From: Clostridia bacterium | Lineage (GTDB): Bacteria > Bacillota > Clostridia > UMGS1810 | Reading direction: 5' to 3' | DNA: 64,000 bases | Assembly: GCA_045530725.1 (NCBI GenBank) | Contig: JAZSCT010000034.1 | Coordinates: forward strand, 7,396 to 71,395 | In this document: one piece after another, positions 39,610-48,631 of the stretch | Layout: each line of letters begins with the position of its first letter | Position numbering within the stretch: position 1 is the stretch's first letter | Position numbers and translations under genes: made by a program | Notes under the pieces: generated by a model | The model's database searches: none | Seen by the model: only the letters and a program-made list of their open reading frames with translations | Told to the model about the DNA's origin: nothing

Positions 39610-40758
39610 CTATTTTTGTTTGACATAAACCGGTGACACCCTGTAATCGTCAGGACCTTCATCGGGATTGTCAATACAATAAGTGGAAAGTGCGGTAGCA
39701 TTTACATCCCATTCAAGCATAATATCATCATCGGAGTAATCAGCAAGTTTGCTTATAACAGGTAAGGAGGATTTCTCCTTTATTTCTTTTATAAGTTTTC
39801 TGCCATTATCGTTAAAGGCAAGTAATCTTATGTATGAAAGTTCTGCATTTGTGTCAATGTTTAACATAGCGCATTTGACAAGACGTCGTATTCTGCTGAT
39901 GGTGTATCTCGACGTAACAGCATTATCATAGAATTTTTCAAGGCAATTTGAACCTTCAAGAGCCTTTTTGATTCTTATATTAAGACCTGGTTCAATACCT
40001 TTTACACGAGAAAATTCAGAATCAGAAAGATTAGATATAACATAGCGGATTATGTTATACATTTTTTCTTCGTCATAAATCTTTGTATCATCTGTTATTT
40101 TGTACGGAACAAGTTTTTCTGCATCGGATATTTTGCCCTCTAAAAGAAGTTTACGTATATAAGATGCCGACGCAAATTCACCATTTGCCATATCACTGTT
40201 ATGCTCAACAGATTCTCTTTTTATGCAGTAAGGCAAAATATCAGACTTAATCCTATCAAGAGCACGTATATACGAAACACCTAGCATATCGTTTGCCTTA
40301 AGTTCTGTATCACACATCATTTTTAGTGACAAAGAGCAGGAAACGGGATATGATTTCCCCTGATCCATATACATACGAACATTACGATTATATTCTTCTG
40401 TCTCCGTGACACGGGCAACCTTTTTAAGCAGGTCAATATCCCCTGACTCCGAACCAAATGAAATACAATCCACAACACCAAGACTTTCGAGAAGTTTAAC
40501 TGCACCGTAAGAAAATATATCTGCTCCCTGAAGAACATAGTATTCAGGAAGTTCAATCACAAGATCTGCACCGTATCTTACAGAATCTTCTGCTCTTTTC
40601 CATTTATCAAAAATACATACTTCTCCACGCTGAGAAATGCTTCCGCTCATTACACACACCACATTGTGGCAGCCTGTCACCTCTTTTGCTTTCTCTATAT
40701 GGAATTTATGACCATTGTGAAATGGATTGTATTCACAAATAATACCAACTGTTTTCAT
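39610..40758 (-). CDS. tmcAL: tRNA(Met) cytidine acetate ligase (YlbM/UPF0348 nucleotidyltransferase)
   Basis: MKTVGIICEYNPFHNGHKFHIEKAKE. Start moved to ATG 40758, which removes the overlap with the upstream gene that the ORF-track GTG 40860 creates. Confidence 0.8.
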   Translation of the reverse strand: MKTVGIICEYNPFHNGHKFHIEKAKEVTGCHNVVCVMSGSISQRGEVCIFDKWKRAEDSVRYGADLVIELPEYYVLQGADIFSYGAVKLLESLGVVDCISFGSESGDIDLLKKVARVTETEEYNRNVRMYMDQGKSYPVSCSLSLKMMCDTELKANDMLGVSYIRALDRIKSDILPYCIKRESVEHNSDMANGEFASASYIRKLLLEGKISDAEKLVPYKITDDTKIYDEEKMYNIIRYVISNLSDSEFSRVKGIEPGLNIRIKKALEGSNCLEKFYDNAVTSRYTISRIRRLVKCAMLNIDTNAELSYIRLLAFNDNGRKLIKEIKEKSSLPVISKLADYSDDDIMLEWDVNATALSTYCIDNPDEGPDDYRVSPVYVKQK

Positions 40759-40786
40759 ACAAAAACTCCAATTCGGTAAATGTTTA

Positions 40787-42145
40787 TCAGTTTTTGAGAC
40801 TGTGTATCGGTGCAGGGATTCTGCCACCTCTTGAGATAAATTTTTCACTTGAAAGCCCACTTACTTTCATAACAGGACCAGTTCCCAAAAGACCACCAAA
40901 TTCAACCACGTCCCCTACTACCTTGCCAGGTGCAGGAATTACTCTTACAGCAGTTGTTTTGCAGTTTATCATACCGATTGCCGCCTCATCAGCGATGATT
41001 GCTGAAATGGTGGATGCAGGAGTGTCCCCGGGTATAACAATCATATCAAGACCAACACTGCAGACACAGGTCATTGCTTCGAGTTTTTCCAAAGATAAAG
41101 ATCCTTTCGTAACTGCGTCTATCATACCCGCATCTTCACTTACGGGAATAAATGCGCCACTAAGTCCGCCAACATATGATGAAGCGAAGACACCGCCTTT
41201 TTTCACAGCGTCATTGAGAAGTGCCAATGCTGCGGTTGTGCCGTGTGCACCGCATTGCTCGAGTCCCATTTCTTCAAGGATATATGCCACACTATCACCG
41301 ATTGCAGGTGTAGGGGCAAGAGACAAATCTACAATGCCATAAGGAACTCCAAGTCTTTTTGATGCTTCTTTTGCAACAAGTTGTCCCATTCTGGTAATCT
41401 TGAATGCGGTCTTTTTGATAGTTTCGGAAAGAGTCTCAAAATCTCCGTCTTTTACCTTTTCCAAAGCGCATTTAACCACTCCGGGGCCGCTTACGCCAAC
41501 GTTTATAACACATTCTGCTTCGCCAACACCGTGAAAAGCACCTGCCATAAAAGGATTGTCCTCTACTGCATTTGCAAAAACAACAAGTTTTGCACATCCG
41601 AAGCCATCTGTATCTTTTGTAAGAGATGCAGTTTCTATTATGATATCACCCATAAGTTTGACAGCATCCATATTTATTCCTGCTTTTGTAGTGCCTACAT
41701 TAACACTTGAACATACAAGATTTGTACTTGCCAAAGCCTCAGGGATGGATTTTATAAGGTTGATTTCGCTGTTTGTAAAGCCTTTGTGAACCAAAGCAGA
41801 ATATCCACCGATAAAATTGACTCCTACTTCATTTGCCGCTTTGTCAAGAGTTTTGGCAACTTTTACAAAGTCTTTGGAAGAAAAATTTCTGCCTATAAGA
41901 GAAATCGGTGTAACGGAAATTCTTTTGTTGATAATAGGAATACCATATTCACTCTCGATATCTCTGCCTACCTTCACAAGATCTTTTGCTTTGGTAGTAA
42001 TTTTTACATATATATCATTGCAAACCTTGTCAACATCTTCTCCTGAACAATCCAGAAGAGAAATTCCCATTGTAATCGTTCTGATATCAAGGTTTTCTTT
42101 TTCTATCATATGAATGGTTTCAAGTATTTCACCTGTATTGATCAT
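40787..42145 (-). CDS. UPF0210 (DUF711) family protein
   Basis: The 452-aa product starts ...[27 protein letters not shown]. Shows the classic pairing with the UPF0237 ACT protein upstream. Confidence 0.8.
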   Translation of the reverse strand: MINTGEILETIHMIEKENLDIRTITMGISLLDCSGEDVDKVCNDIYVKITTKAKDLVKVGRDIESEYGIPIINKRISVTPISLIGRNFSSKDFVKVAKTLDKAANEVGVNFIGGYSALVHKGFTNSEINLIKSIPEALASTNLVCSSVNVGTTKAGINMDAVKLMGDIIIETASLTKDTDGFGCAKLVVFANAVEDNPFMAGAFHGVGEAECVINVGVSGPGVVKCALEKVKDGDFETLSETIKKTAFKITRMGQLVAKEASKRLGVPYGIVDLSLAPTPAIGDSVAYILEEMGLEQCGAHGTTAALALLNDAVKKGGVFASSYVGGLSGAFIPVSEDAGMIDAVTKGSLSLEKLEAMTCVCSVGLDMIVIPGDTPASTISAIIADEAAIGMINCKTTAVRVIPAPGKVVGDVVEFGGLLGTGPVMKVSGLSSEKFISRGGRIPAPIHSLKN

Positions 42146-42166
42146 ATCATATCCCTCCTGATGTTC

Positions 42167-42436
42167 TTAGATTTTGTGCATAGAATTAAATATATCTTCG
42201 TGCTGCATGGTAACAGAAACACCAAGGTCTTCGCCACATGTGTGAAGTTTTGATACAAGAACGCTGAATTCTTCATTTGCATTTTTTGTATCTACTTTCA
42301 TAAACATCGCAAATGTGTTGTCAAAAAGAGTCTGTGTAATATCGATAATATTCACATTGAGTTCTTTCAATGTATTGCTTACGCCTGCAATTATACCAAC
42401 TTTATCATTACCAAGCACCGTGATTATCGCTTTCAT
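42167..42436 (-). CDS. ACT domain protein (UPF0237)
   Basis: 89 aa, starting MKAIITVLGNDKVGIIAGVSNTLKELNVNIIDITQT. Confidence 0.85.
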   Translation of the reverse strand: MKAIITVLGNDKVGIIAGVSNTLKELNVNIIDITQTLFDNTFAMFMKVDTKNANEEFSVLVSKLHTCGEDLGVSVTMQHEDIFNSMHKI

Positions 42437-42451
42437 TTCTTTTCCCCCGTT

Positions 42452-43198
42452 TTATTTCTTAAAATTTCTGTATCTAACTGCTTCATAAATCATAAGCGCC
42501 CCTGCAACAGATGCATTAAGCGACGTGATTTCGCCATACATAGGAATCTTTGTAAGGAAGTCGCATTTATCTTTTACAAGTTTGCTCATACCGAATCCTT
42601 CGGAACCAATTACAATAGCAATATTACCCGAAAAATCCTGATCATAAATCGTGGTTGTTCCGTCCATATCAGAGCCTATAACCCAGATATTGTTTTCTTT
42701 TAAGTAGTCAATGGTTTTCGCAATGTTTGTAACCTTTGCAACAGGGGTAAACTCTGTTGCACCTGCAGATGATTTTTCTGTAACAGGTGTAAGTCCTGCG
42801 GCGCGGTGTTTGGATATTATAACCCCGTCGGCTCCTGCAGCATTGGCAGTTCTGATAATAGCACCAAGATTGTGCGGATCGGCAATTTCATCTGCTATGA
42901 TAATGAAATTGTTTGTTCCTTTATCCTTTGCTGCATTAAGAATATCATCTACACTAACATAATCTTTTACGGGAGCAGTAGCAATTACGCCCTGATGAGA
43001 ACCAGATTCACTCATTTCATCAAGTTTGACTTTCTCCACATAACTTACAGGGATTTTCATATCTTTTGCCATATTGACTATTTTTATAAGAGAGCCTGAG
43101 ATTTCTCCCTTTTTGATATAAATTTTATCAATGGGACGCTTGGATTTCAAAGCCTCCATAACAGGATTACGTCCTTCAATTTTTCCTAAATTACTCAT
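42452..43198 (-). CDS. rlmB: 23S rRNA (guanosine-2'-O)-methyltransferase, SpoU/TrmH group 3
   Basis: GRNPVMEALKS, HQGVIA, DPHNLGAIIRTA, GSEGFGMS. Start taken at ATG 43198, after GGAGGA. Confidence 0.85.
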   Translation of the reverse strand: MSNLGKIEGRNPVMEALKSKRPIDKIYIKKGEISGSLIKIVNMAKDMKIPVSYVEKVKLDEMSESGSHQGVIATAPVKDYVSVDDILNAAKDKGTNNFIIIADEIADPHNLGAIIRTANAAGADGVIISKHRAAGLTPVTEKSSAGATEFTPVAKVTNIAKTIDYLKENNIWVIGSDMDGTTTIYDQDFSGNIAIVIGSEGFGMSKLVKDKCDFLTKIPMYGEITSLNASVAGALMIYEAVRYRNFKK

Positions 43199-43256
43199 CT
43201 TATCCTCCATATTGCAAAAAAGAGCACCTTTAAAAAAGTGCCCTTTCAATCTGCAA

Positions 43257-44468
43257 TTATTTGCCCAATTCAAATTTGTCGTGAATAGCATTTACTGCTT
43301 TTTCAACATTGGCACTGCTGATAAGAACAGAAACCTTGATTTCGGATGTGGAAATCATATGGATATTGATGCCAGCATCATAAAGTGCTTCAAACATCTT
43401 GGCAGCAACACCGGGGTTATTTACCATACCTGCACCAACGATAGAAACCTTTGCAACATCTTCACTAACTTTGATTTCGTCATATCCAAGGAATTCCTGA
43501 CTTTCTTCAAGAATTTTCTTTGCAACATCCAATGAAGATTTTTTCACTGTAAAACTGATATCTTTTTTGTTTTCTCTACCGATTGACTGAAGAATAATAT
43601 CAACGTCAACATTGTGCTTAGCCATAAGTGAGAACACTTTGAAAGCAGCACCCGGTTCATCATCTATATTCACAAGTGCGATTCTCGCTACATCCAAATC
43701 ATGAGCAACGCCTTTTACAACCATTCTTTCCATCTTTTTGCCCTCCTTGACAATAGTACCTTCATGATCATTCATACTGTTTCTTACACACATATTAACA
43801 TTATATTTTCTTGACATTTCAACAGATCTGTTGTGAAGAACGCCTGCACCAAGACTTGCGAGTTCAAGCATTTCGTCAAATGAAACTTCATCCATCTTCT
43901 TTGCATCTTTTACAATTCTGGGGTCTGCTGTATAAACGCCATCAACATCTGTGTATATTTCACACATATCAGCATGAAGCGCTGCTGCAAGAGCAACTGC
44001 TGATGTGTCAGAGCCGCCTCTTCCAAGTGTTGTAATATCTTCATATTTGTTGATACCCTGGAAACCTGCAACAATGACAATATTGTTATGATCCAGTTCT
44101 TTTTTCACTCTTGAAGCCTCTACTTTTTTGATTCTGGATTTGGAATACTGACTGTCAGTTTCCATTCCTACCTGCCATCCTGTAAGAGATACTGCAGGAT
44201 AACCAAGTTCATGAATAGCCATTGCAAGAAGTGATATGGAAATCTGCTCACCTGTAGAGAGAAGCATATCCATTTCTCTTTTTGAAGGATTCTTGGAAAT
44301 TTCATTTGCTTTTTCAATAAGATCATCTGTTGTATCGCCCTGAGCAGACACTACAACTACAACTGAATTTCCATTTTTGTATGTTTCAACGATTCGTCTT
44401 GCAACATTAAAGACTTTGTCTTTGTCAGCCACAGAACTTCCGCCGTATTTCTGAACTATTAAACTCAT
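43257..44468 (-). CDS. lysC: aspartate kinase
   Basis: MSLIVQKYGGSSV, VVVSAQGDTTD, LGRGGSDTSAVALAA, and two C-terminal ACT domains. Confidence 0.9.
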   Translation of the reverse strand: MSLIVQKYGGSSVADKDKVFNVARRIVETYKNGNSVVVVVSAQGDTTDDLIEKANEISKNPSKREMDMLLSTGEQISISLLAMAIHELGYPAVSLTGWQVGMETDSQYSKSRIKKVEASRVKKELDHNNIVIVAGFQGINKYEDITTLGRGGSDTSAVALAAALHADMCEIYTDVDGVYTADPRIVKDAKKMDEVSFDEMLELASLGAGVLHNRSVEMSRKYNVNMCVRNSMNDHEGTIVKEGKKMERMVVKGVAHDLDVARIALVNIDDEPGAAFKVFSLMAKHNVDVDIILQSIGRENKKDISFTVKKSSLDVAKKILEESQEFLGYDEIKVSEDVAKVSIVGAGMVNNPGVAAKMFEALYDAGINIHMISTSEIKVSVLISSANVEKAVNAIHDKFELGK

Positions 44469-44484
44469 ATATTCCTCCTGTTTA

Positions 44485-45699
44485 TCAAAGTACCTGAATT
44501 ACTTTTATAATATCTGATGAATAATTTCCGATTGCATCAAGCAAATCTTTTTTCATCATTTCTTTTGTCAATATACCGATTTCGTCGTGTTTTATATCTA
44601 TTACTTTTTCTATCCCGATCAAAGATGAAAGAGAAGAAATATCCCTGTCAGTTGTCTTGAATGTGACAAGGAACTTAGCAACTGTTTCCTCTTCGGGCAA
44701 AATCTGAAGACTGCATTCAGGTGCCCAATATGAAGTATTGTGTTTGTGAGGATTTTCTGCAATATCCACAATATCCGCACATACAGCACTTGCGGTGGCA
44801 AGTTTACCTGCTCCATGTCCGTAAAACATTGTCTTGCCTACTGCATCGCCTTCCACCATTACTGCATTATAAACACCATTTACGCCTGAAAGAAGATTAT
44901 CTTTTGATACAACCATAGGTGAAACCTTAACGATACACTTATCATCATCGATTCTTTTGAAAAATCCGATAAGTTTGATCACACCATCAATTTCAGATGC
45001 ATACTCTATATCAGTAAGTGTGATGTCGGAAATACCTTTGGTATATACTTTATTATAATCAATTCTTTCGCCTGTTGCCAATGATGAAAGTATGGATATC
45101 TTTCTTGAAGCATCGAAACCTTCTATATCAGCGGTAGGATCTTTTTCTGCATATCCGTTTTCCTGGGCTTCTTTTAGCGCGGTATCAAAGGACTTCCCTT
45201 TGGAAATCATCTGATTTAGAATAAAGTTTGTTGTCCCGTTAAGAATACCTGCGACTGAGATGATATTGTTTGCTGCAAAACATTGTGACATTGGTCTTAT
45301 AACAGGAATACCGCCGCCGACACTTGCTTCAAACAAATACTTAACACCCATTTCTCTGGCAATCTGCATTAACTCATGCCCATATGTAGCAACCAATTCT
45401 TTGTTGGATGTAACAACATTCTTTCCTGCAGAAAGCAAGCGCTTTGTAAAGTCATAAGCAGGATTAAGTCCGCCCATAACTTCTGCAACAACAGAAACCT
45501 CAGAATCATTAAGGATATCCTCAAAATTCTTTGTGAAAAGTTCTTTTTCCGGATGATCGGGAAAATCTCTGATATCAAGAATATATTTAACGTCAATATC
45601 TTTTCCTGTCTTTGTCATTATGGATTTTCTGTTATTTCTCAAAACTTCGTACACGCCTGACCCAACTGTGCCGAAGCCCATTATTGCCACTTTTACCAT
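44485..45699 (-). CDS. hom: homoserine dehydrogenase
   Basis: MVKVAIMGFGTVGSGV, NGTTNFIL, and a C-terminal ACT-like domain. Start taken at ATG 45699, after GAGGAGGTG. Confidence 0.9.
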   Translation of the reverse strand: MVKVAIMGFGTVGSGVYEVLRNNRKSIMTKTGKDIDVKYILDIRDFPDHPEKELFTKNFEDILNDSEVSVVAEVMGGLNPAYDFTKRLLSAGKNVVTSNKELVATYGHELMQIAREMGVKYLFEASVGGGIPVIRPMSQCFAANNIISVAGILNGTTNFILNQMISKGKSFDTALKEAQENGYAEKDPTADIEGFDASRKISILSSLATGERIDYNKVYTKGISDITLTDIEYASEIDGVIKLIGFFKRIDDDKCIVKVSPMVVSKDNLLSGVNGVYNAVMVEGDAVGKTMFYGHGAGKLATASAVCADIVDIAENPHKHNTSYWAPECSLQILPEEETVAKFLVTFKTTDRDISSLSSLIGIEKVIDIKHDEIGILTKEMMKKDLLDAIGNYSSDIIKVIQVL

Positions 45700-45752
45700 A
45701 ATGCACCTCCTCTTTTGTATCATAGGATGCAAAAATAATTGCACATCTAGAA

Positions 45753-45781
45753 ATTATAGCATAGCAATGCCTTTTTGTCAA
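45753..45781 (-). promoter_or_regulatory. consensus sigma-A promoter for hom-lysC, immediately after the dnaX stop
   Basis: On the minus strand: TTGACA (45781-45776), 17-nt spacer, TATAAT (45758-45753). Confidence 0.6.
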
Positions 45782-45790
45782 CTTTTTACA

Positions 45791-47413
45791 TCAACTAATA
45801 TTGAAATTGTTGGGGAAATTTTTTGACAAATCTTTAAGTTCGGAAAAAATCCCTTCATCATTGTCATCGCTACCTTTGTCAAAGGTAATATTTATATTGA
45901 CAGAAATCTGGAATTTTTCTTGTATAGCCTGGCAAATAAGATTCTTTGCATCAGTCTGGTTGAGTTTCATATAATTTTCGTGATTTTCAACGCAAATATA
46001 AATCTCATCATTTTTTGTATAAAAGGATGAACCCATAAGGGCTGTGCATATCTCTATGTGACCGTTAGCAAACATCCATCCGTTGATTTCGTCCTTGTTG
46101 AGCACAATATCTTCCATAGAAGATACAGATGAATCAGAAGAAACAGTTGCACTTGTTTCTACCTCTTCAACATCAGGCTCATAAACTTCTGTTTTTTCTT
46201 TTGCAGGACAAGAATCCTCTTTGGAAACAGTAGTATTAACGGATTGAACATTTACATTGAAACTTCCCTCAGATATATTCTTTTCCAAAGTGGCTATCCT
46301 TGCAAGAAGAGCCTCTTTTGAATCAGAAAATCTGGGATCAGTCATACGGATAAGGGAAAGTTCACACAGAGCCTTTACATTGGATGAAAACTTTATATTA
46401 TTTGACAATTCATTTGTGATTTCAATAGCATGGGAAAGTTTTTCCAATGTAAACTTATCTGCAACTTCTCTTATCTCTGCATTTCTCTTATTTCCTGCAC
46501 CAAGGACTTTGTCAGAATCGGTACACTTGGAAATCATAATATTTCTTAGTGCAACCATCATAGAAGAAGTGAAATTGTCGATGTTTTTCCCCTCTCTTAT
46601 AAGTGCATCAAAGGCTTCTATAACACCTTTTACATTTTCCTCAGCAATAAGAGAACAGATGTTGTATATAAATCTGTCATCTATTCCGCCTACAATCCCT
46701 ACAACATCTTCGTAAGAAAGGTCATTATCCTTAAATGCAAGGCATTGATCAAGGATGCTCAGAGCATCTCTCATAGAGCCGTTTCCCAGATATGATACAT
46801 AATTAATTGCATCGTCAGATACAATAATATTTTCTTCTTTTAATATATATCTGATTCTGTCGGCAATTTCAATCTCGCCGATGGTCTTGAAATCAAATCT
46901 CTGACATCTTGAAAGGATGGTTGCGGGAACTTTGTGTACTTCTGTTGTGGCAAGAATAAACACCACTCCCTGAGGTGGCTCTTCAAGGGTCTTTAGAAGT
47001 GCATTGAATGCACCTGCAGAAAGCATATGAACTTCGTCAATGATATAAACTTTGTATTTTGCAACGGTTGATACATATTGTATCTGTTCAATAATCTGTC
47101 GGATATTATCTACGCCTGTGTGTGAAGCGGCGTCCATTTCCACCACATCAAGAATAGTCTCATCGAGAATCCCCTTACACATTTCACATTGATTGCATGG
47201 ATTCCCGTCTGTGGATTGGGTACAGTTGATTGCTCTTGCAAATATCCTTGCGCTTGAAGTCTTACCTGTACCTCTTGTACCTGTAAAAAGATATGCATGA
47301 GCAGTTTTGTTGCCGATAATTTCATTTTTTAATGTAGTGGTTATATGTTCCTGACCGCACACATCATCGAAAACAAGCGGTCTCCACTTTCTGTATAGTG
47401 CTTTGTAAGCCAT
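45791..47413 (-). CDS. dnaX: DNA polymerase III subunit gamma/tau
   Basis: MAYKALYRKWRP, GTRGTGKTS, a Zn module CNQCEMC, and IDEVHML. Start moved to ATG 47413. The 73 extra codons in the ORF track run through a repeat element. Confidence 0.92.
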   Translation of the reverse strand: MAYKALYRKWRPLVFDDVCGQEHITTTLKNEIIGNKTAHAYLFTGTRGTGKTSSARIFARAINCTQSTDGNPCNQCEMCKGILDETILDVVEMDAASHTGVDNIRQIIEQIQYVSTVAKYKVYIIDEVHMLSAGAFNALLKTLEEPPQGVVFILATTEVHKVPATILSRCQRFDFKTIGEIEIADRIRYILKEENIIVSDDAINYVSYLGNGSMRDALSILDQCLAFKDNDLSYEDVVGIVGGIDDRFIYNICSLIAEENVKGVIEAFDALIREGKNIDNFTSSMMVALRNIMISKCTDSDKVLGAGNKRNAEIREVADKFTLEKLSHAIEITNELSNNIKFSSNVKALCELSLIRMTDPRFSDSKEALLARIATLEKNISEGSFNVNVQSVNTTVSKEDSCPAKEKTEVYEPDVEEVETSATVSSDSSVSSMEDIVLNKDEINGWMFANGHIEICTALMGSSFYTKNDEIYICVENHENYMKLNQTDAKNLICQAIQEKFQISVNINITFDKGSDDNDEGIFSELKDLSKNFPNNFNIS

Positions 47414-47467
47414 ATTGCACCTCTCATTAAATAAAATTTGTACTTTATGTTTATATTTAAAACTAAG

Positions 47468-47583
47468 AGTGATTGAAAACAGAAAAACTTTGTCAAAGAA
47501 GGAAAAAGCGCAGTTAATCTTTGAGTACTTACGAGCATTTTGACGAACTTCTAGCGGAGTTTTTACGTTTTCAAAACATATGA
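47468..47583. repeat. copy A of a ~116-nt imperfect-palindrome element (dnaX-proximal)
   Basis: Aligns with 47643-47759 with 6 substitutions and 3 one-nt indels. Terminal inverted TTGAAAAC...GTTTTCAA. Confidence 0.85.
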
Positions 47584-47642
47584 AGTTGTTTTGTTCCGTT
47601 AAACCTGAATGAGTAACAAAATATGGTAGCATATGTTAACGA

Positions 47643-47759
47643 AGTGATTGAAAACAGAAAAAACTTTGTCAAAGAAGGAAAAAGCACAGTGAATACTTTG
47701 TGTATTCACGAGCATTTTGACGAACTTTGGCGGAGTTTTTACGTTTTCAAAACATATGA
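47643..47759. repeat. copy B of the ~116-nt imperfect-palindrome element (SRP-RNA-proximal)
   Basis: Same unit 175 nt further on. Apex is a perfect 8-bp stem GTGAATAC/GTATTCAC (47689-47709). Confidence 0.85.
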
Positions 47760-47784
47760 TAATATATTTTGTTACGAATATTTA

Positions 47785-48058
47785 AAAAGCCGTACGATTG
47801 AAAATCGAAATACCGTCATCGCACGCTTTCTTATAAAACGACTCAGACCAAGCGACCTTGTGTCACATACAGAAAACTGCTTACGGCTGCTTGGTTCCCC
47901 ACCTGACCGGGTTCACAATCACCATATTGCACAAGACTTGATCATCAACACCGTCTCATAAGTGCTGCTACAATGAAGATAATCCTCAAATCAATCATCA
48001 CCCTTGCTATAGCGGGTTGCAAGTTCAGGGCACCGCTACCGCCCCGGTTGTACGACTG
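47785..48058 (-). ncRNA. ffs: signal recognition particle RNA, long Bacillus-type with Alu domain
   Basis: The minus strand reads ...GGCGGTAGCGGTGCCCTGAACTTGCAACCCGCTATAGCA (Alu domain) and CCCGGTCAGGTGGGGAACCAAGCAGCCGTAAGC. The latter is domain IV with a GGAA tetraloop and a compensatory UGG/CCA stem. The 5' AGUCGUAC pairs with the 3' GUACGGCU, followed by UUUUU. Conserved position upstream of dnaX. Ends accurate to about 5 nt. Confidence 0.85.
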
Positions 48059-48064
48059 AAATCT

Positions 48065-48093
48065 ATTATACACTATCGATATAAATATTTCAA
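48065..48093 (-). promoter_or_regulatory. sigma-A type promoter for SRP RNA
   Basis: On the minus strand: TTGAAA (48093-48088), 17-nt spacer, TATAAT (48070-48065). Confidence 0.6.
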
Positions 48094-48113
48094 GTGATAT
48101 TTTGTATTTTTAC

Positions 48114-48142
48114 AAAAAAACTGCCTTGCTGATGCAAGGCAG
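48114..48142 (-). terminator. terminator after secG
   Basis: 9-bp stem CTGCCTTGC/GCAAGGCAG with a TGAT loop, then a run of 7 U on the minus strand. Confidence 0.8.
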
Positions 48143-48155
48143 TAACAAGTCGTTC

Positions 48156-48398
48156 TTATTTAAGTACCAATGAAAGTACAAGCGAAAGAATAAGGAACAA
48201 TGTAGCAGAGATTGTTGTGATTCTGGAAAGCATTGCATCCATAGTTCTTGCTTTATTTTTTCCGAAGAATGTTTCTGCACCGCCGGAAATAGCACCTGAA
48301 AGACCAGCGCTCTTACCCTGTTGCATAAGAACAGAAATAATCAACACAATTGCAAGAATAACCTGAATAACGATAAGAATTGTTTTTAATGTACCCAT
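48156..48398 (-). CDS. secG: preprotein translocase subunit SecG
   Basis: 80 aa with two TM helices and the central LMQQGKSAGLSGAISGG motif. Confidence 0.9.
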   Translation of the reverse strand: MGTLKTILIVIQVILAIVLIISVLMQQGKSAGLSGAISGGAETFFGKNKARTMDAMLSRITTISATLFLILSLVLSLVLK

Positions 48399-48569
48399 AT
48401 TTATAACCTCTCTTTAAGTAATTTTATCTAACGAACTACGCTATTATAACATACTAATTTATAAAAATCAAGTAGATTTTTGAATATTTTAGCAAAATAA
48501 GAAAACAATTCTTCTCGCTAACCATTTATTATATATAATGAAACAAATATTAAATCTAAATTACAAATC

Positions 48570-48599
48570 TTGACAACAACATATTGTATAAGTTAAAAT
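48570..48599 (+). promoter_or_regulatory. promoter for the topoisomerase operon
   Basis: TTGACA 48570-48575, 18-nt spacer, TAAAAT 48594-48599. Confidence 0.45.
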
Positions 48600-48631
48600 A
48601 AGTGCATACGAAATATACAGGTGGTGCAGTA

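Noticed and set aside
40794-41342. 182-aa plus-strand ORF (TTG start), Pro/Ala/Ser-rich
   Set aside because: It is antisense to the well-supported UPF0210 gene, has no RBS, and has the composition typical of a shadow frame.
43131-43535. 134-aa plus-strand ORF bridging the rlmB/aspartokinase junction
   Set aside because: It is antisense to two well-supported genes, and has no RBS and no recognisable motifs.
47414-47632. 73-codon N-terminal extension of dnaX given in the ORF track
   Set aside because: The extension runs through repeat copy A and the inter-repeat spacer. The conserved DnaX N-terminus MAYKALYRKWRP begins at ATG 47413 with its own GAGAGGTG SD.
47468-47759. Possible CRISPR array (two similar repeats with a spacer)
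   Set aside because: There are only two copies. The units are ~116 nt rather than 24-48 nt, are long imperfect palindromes, and are not identical. No cas genes or leader are present.
47623-47961. 112-aa plus-strand ORF
   Set aside because: It overlaps repeat copy B and then runs antisense through the SRP RNA gene. It has no RBS and is explained by those two features.
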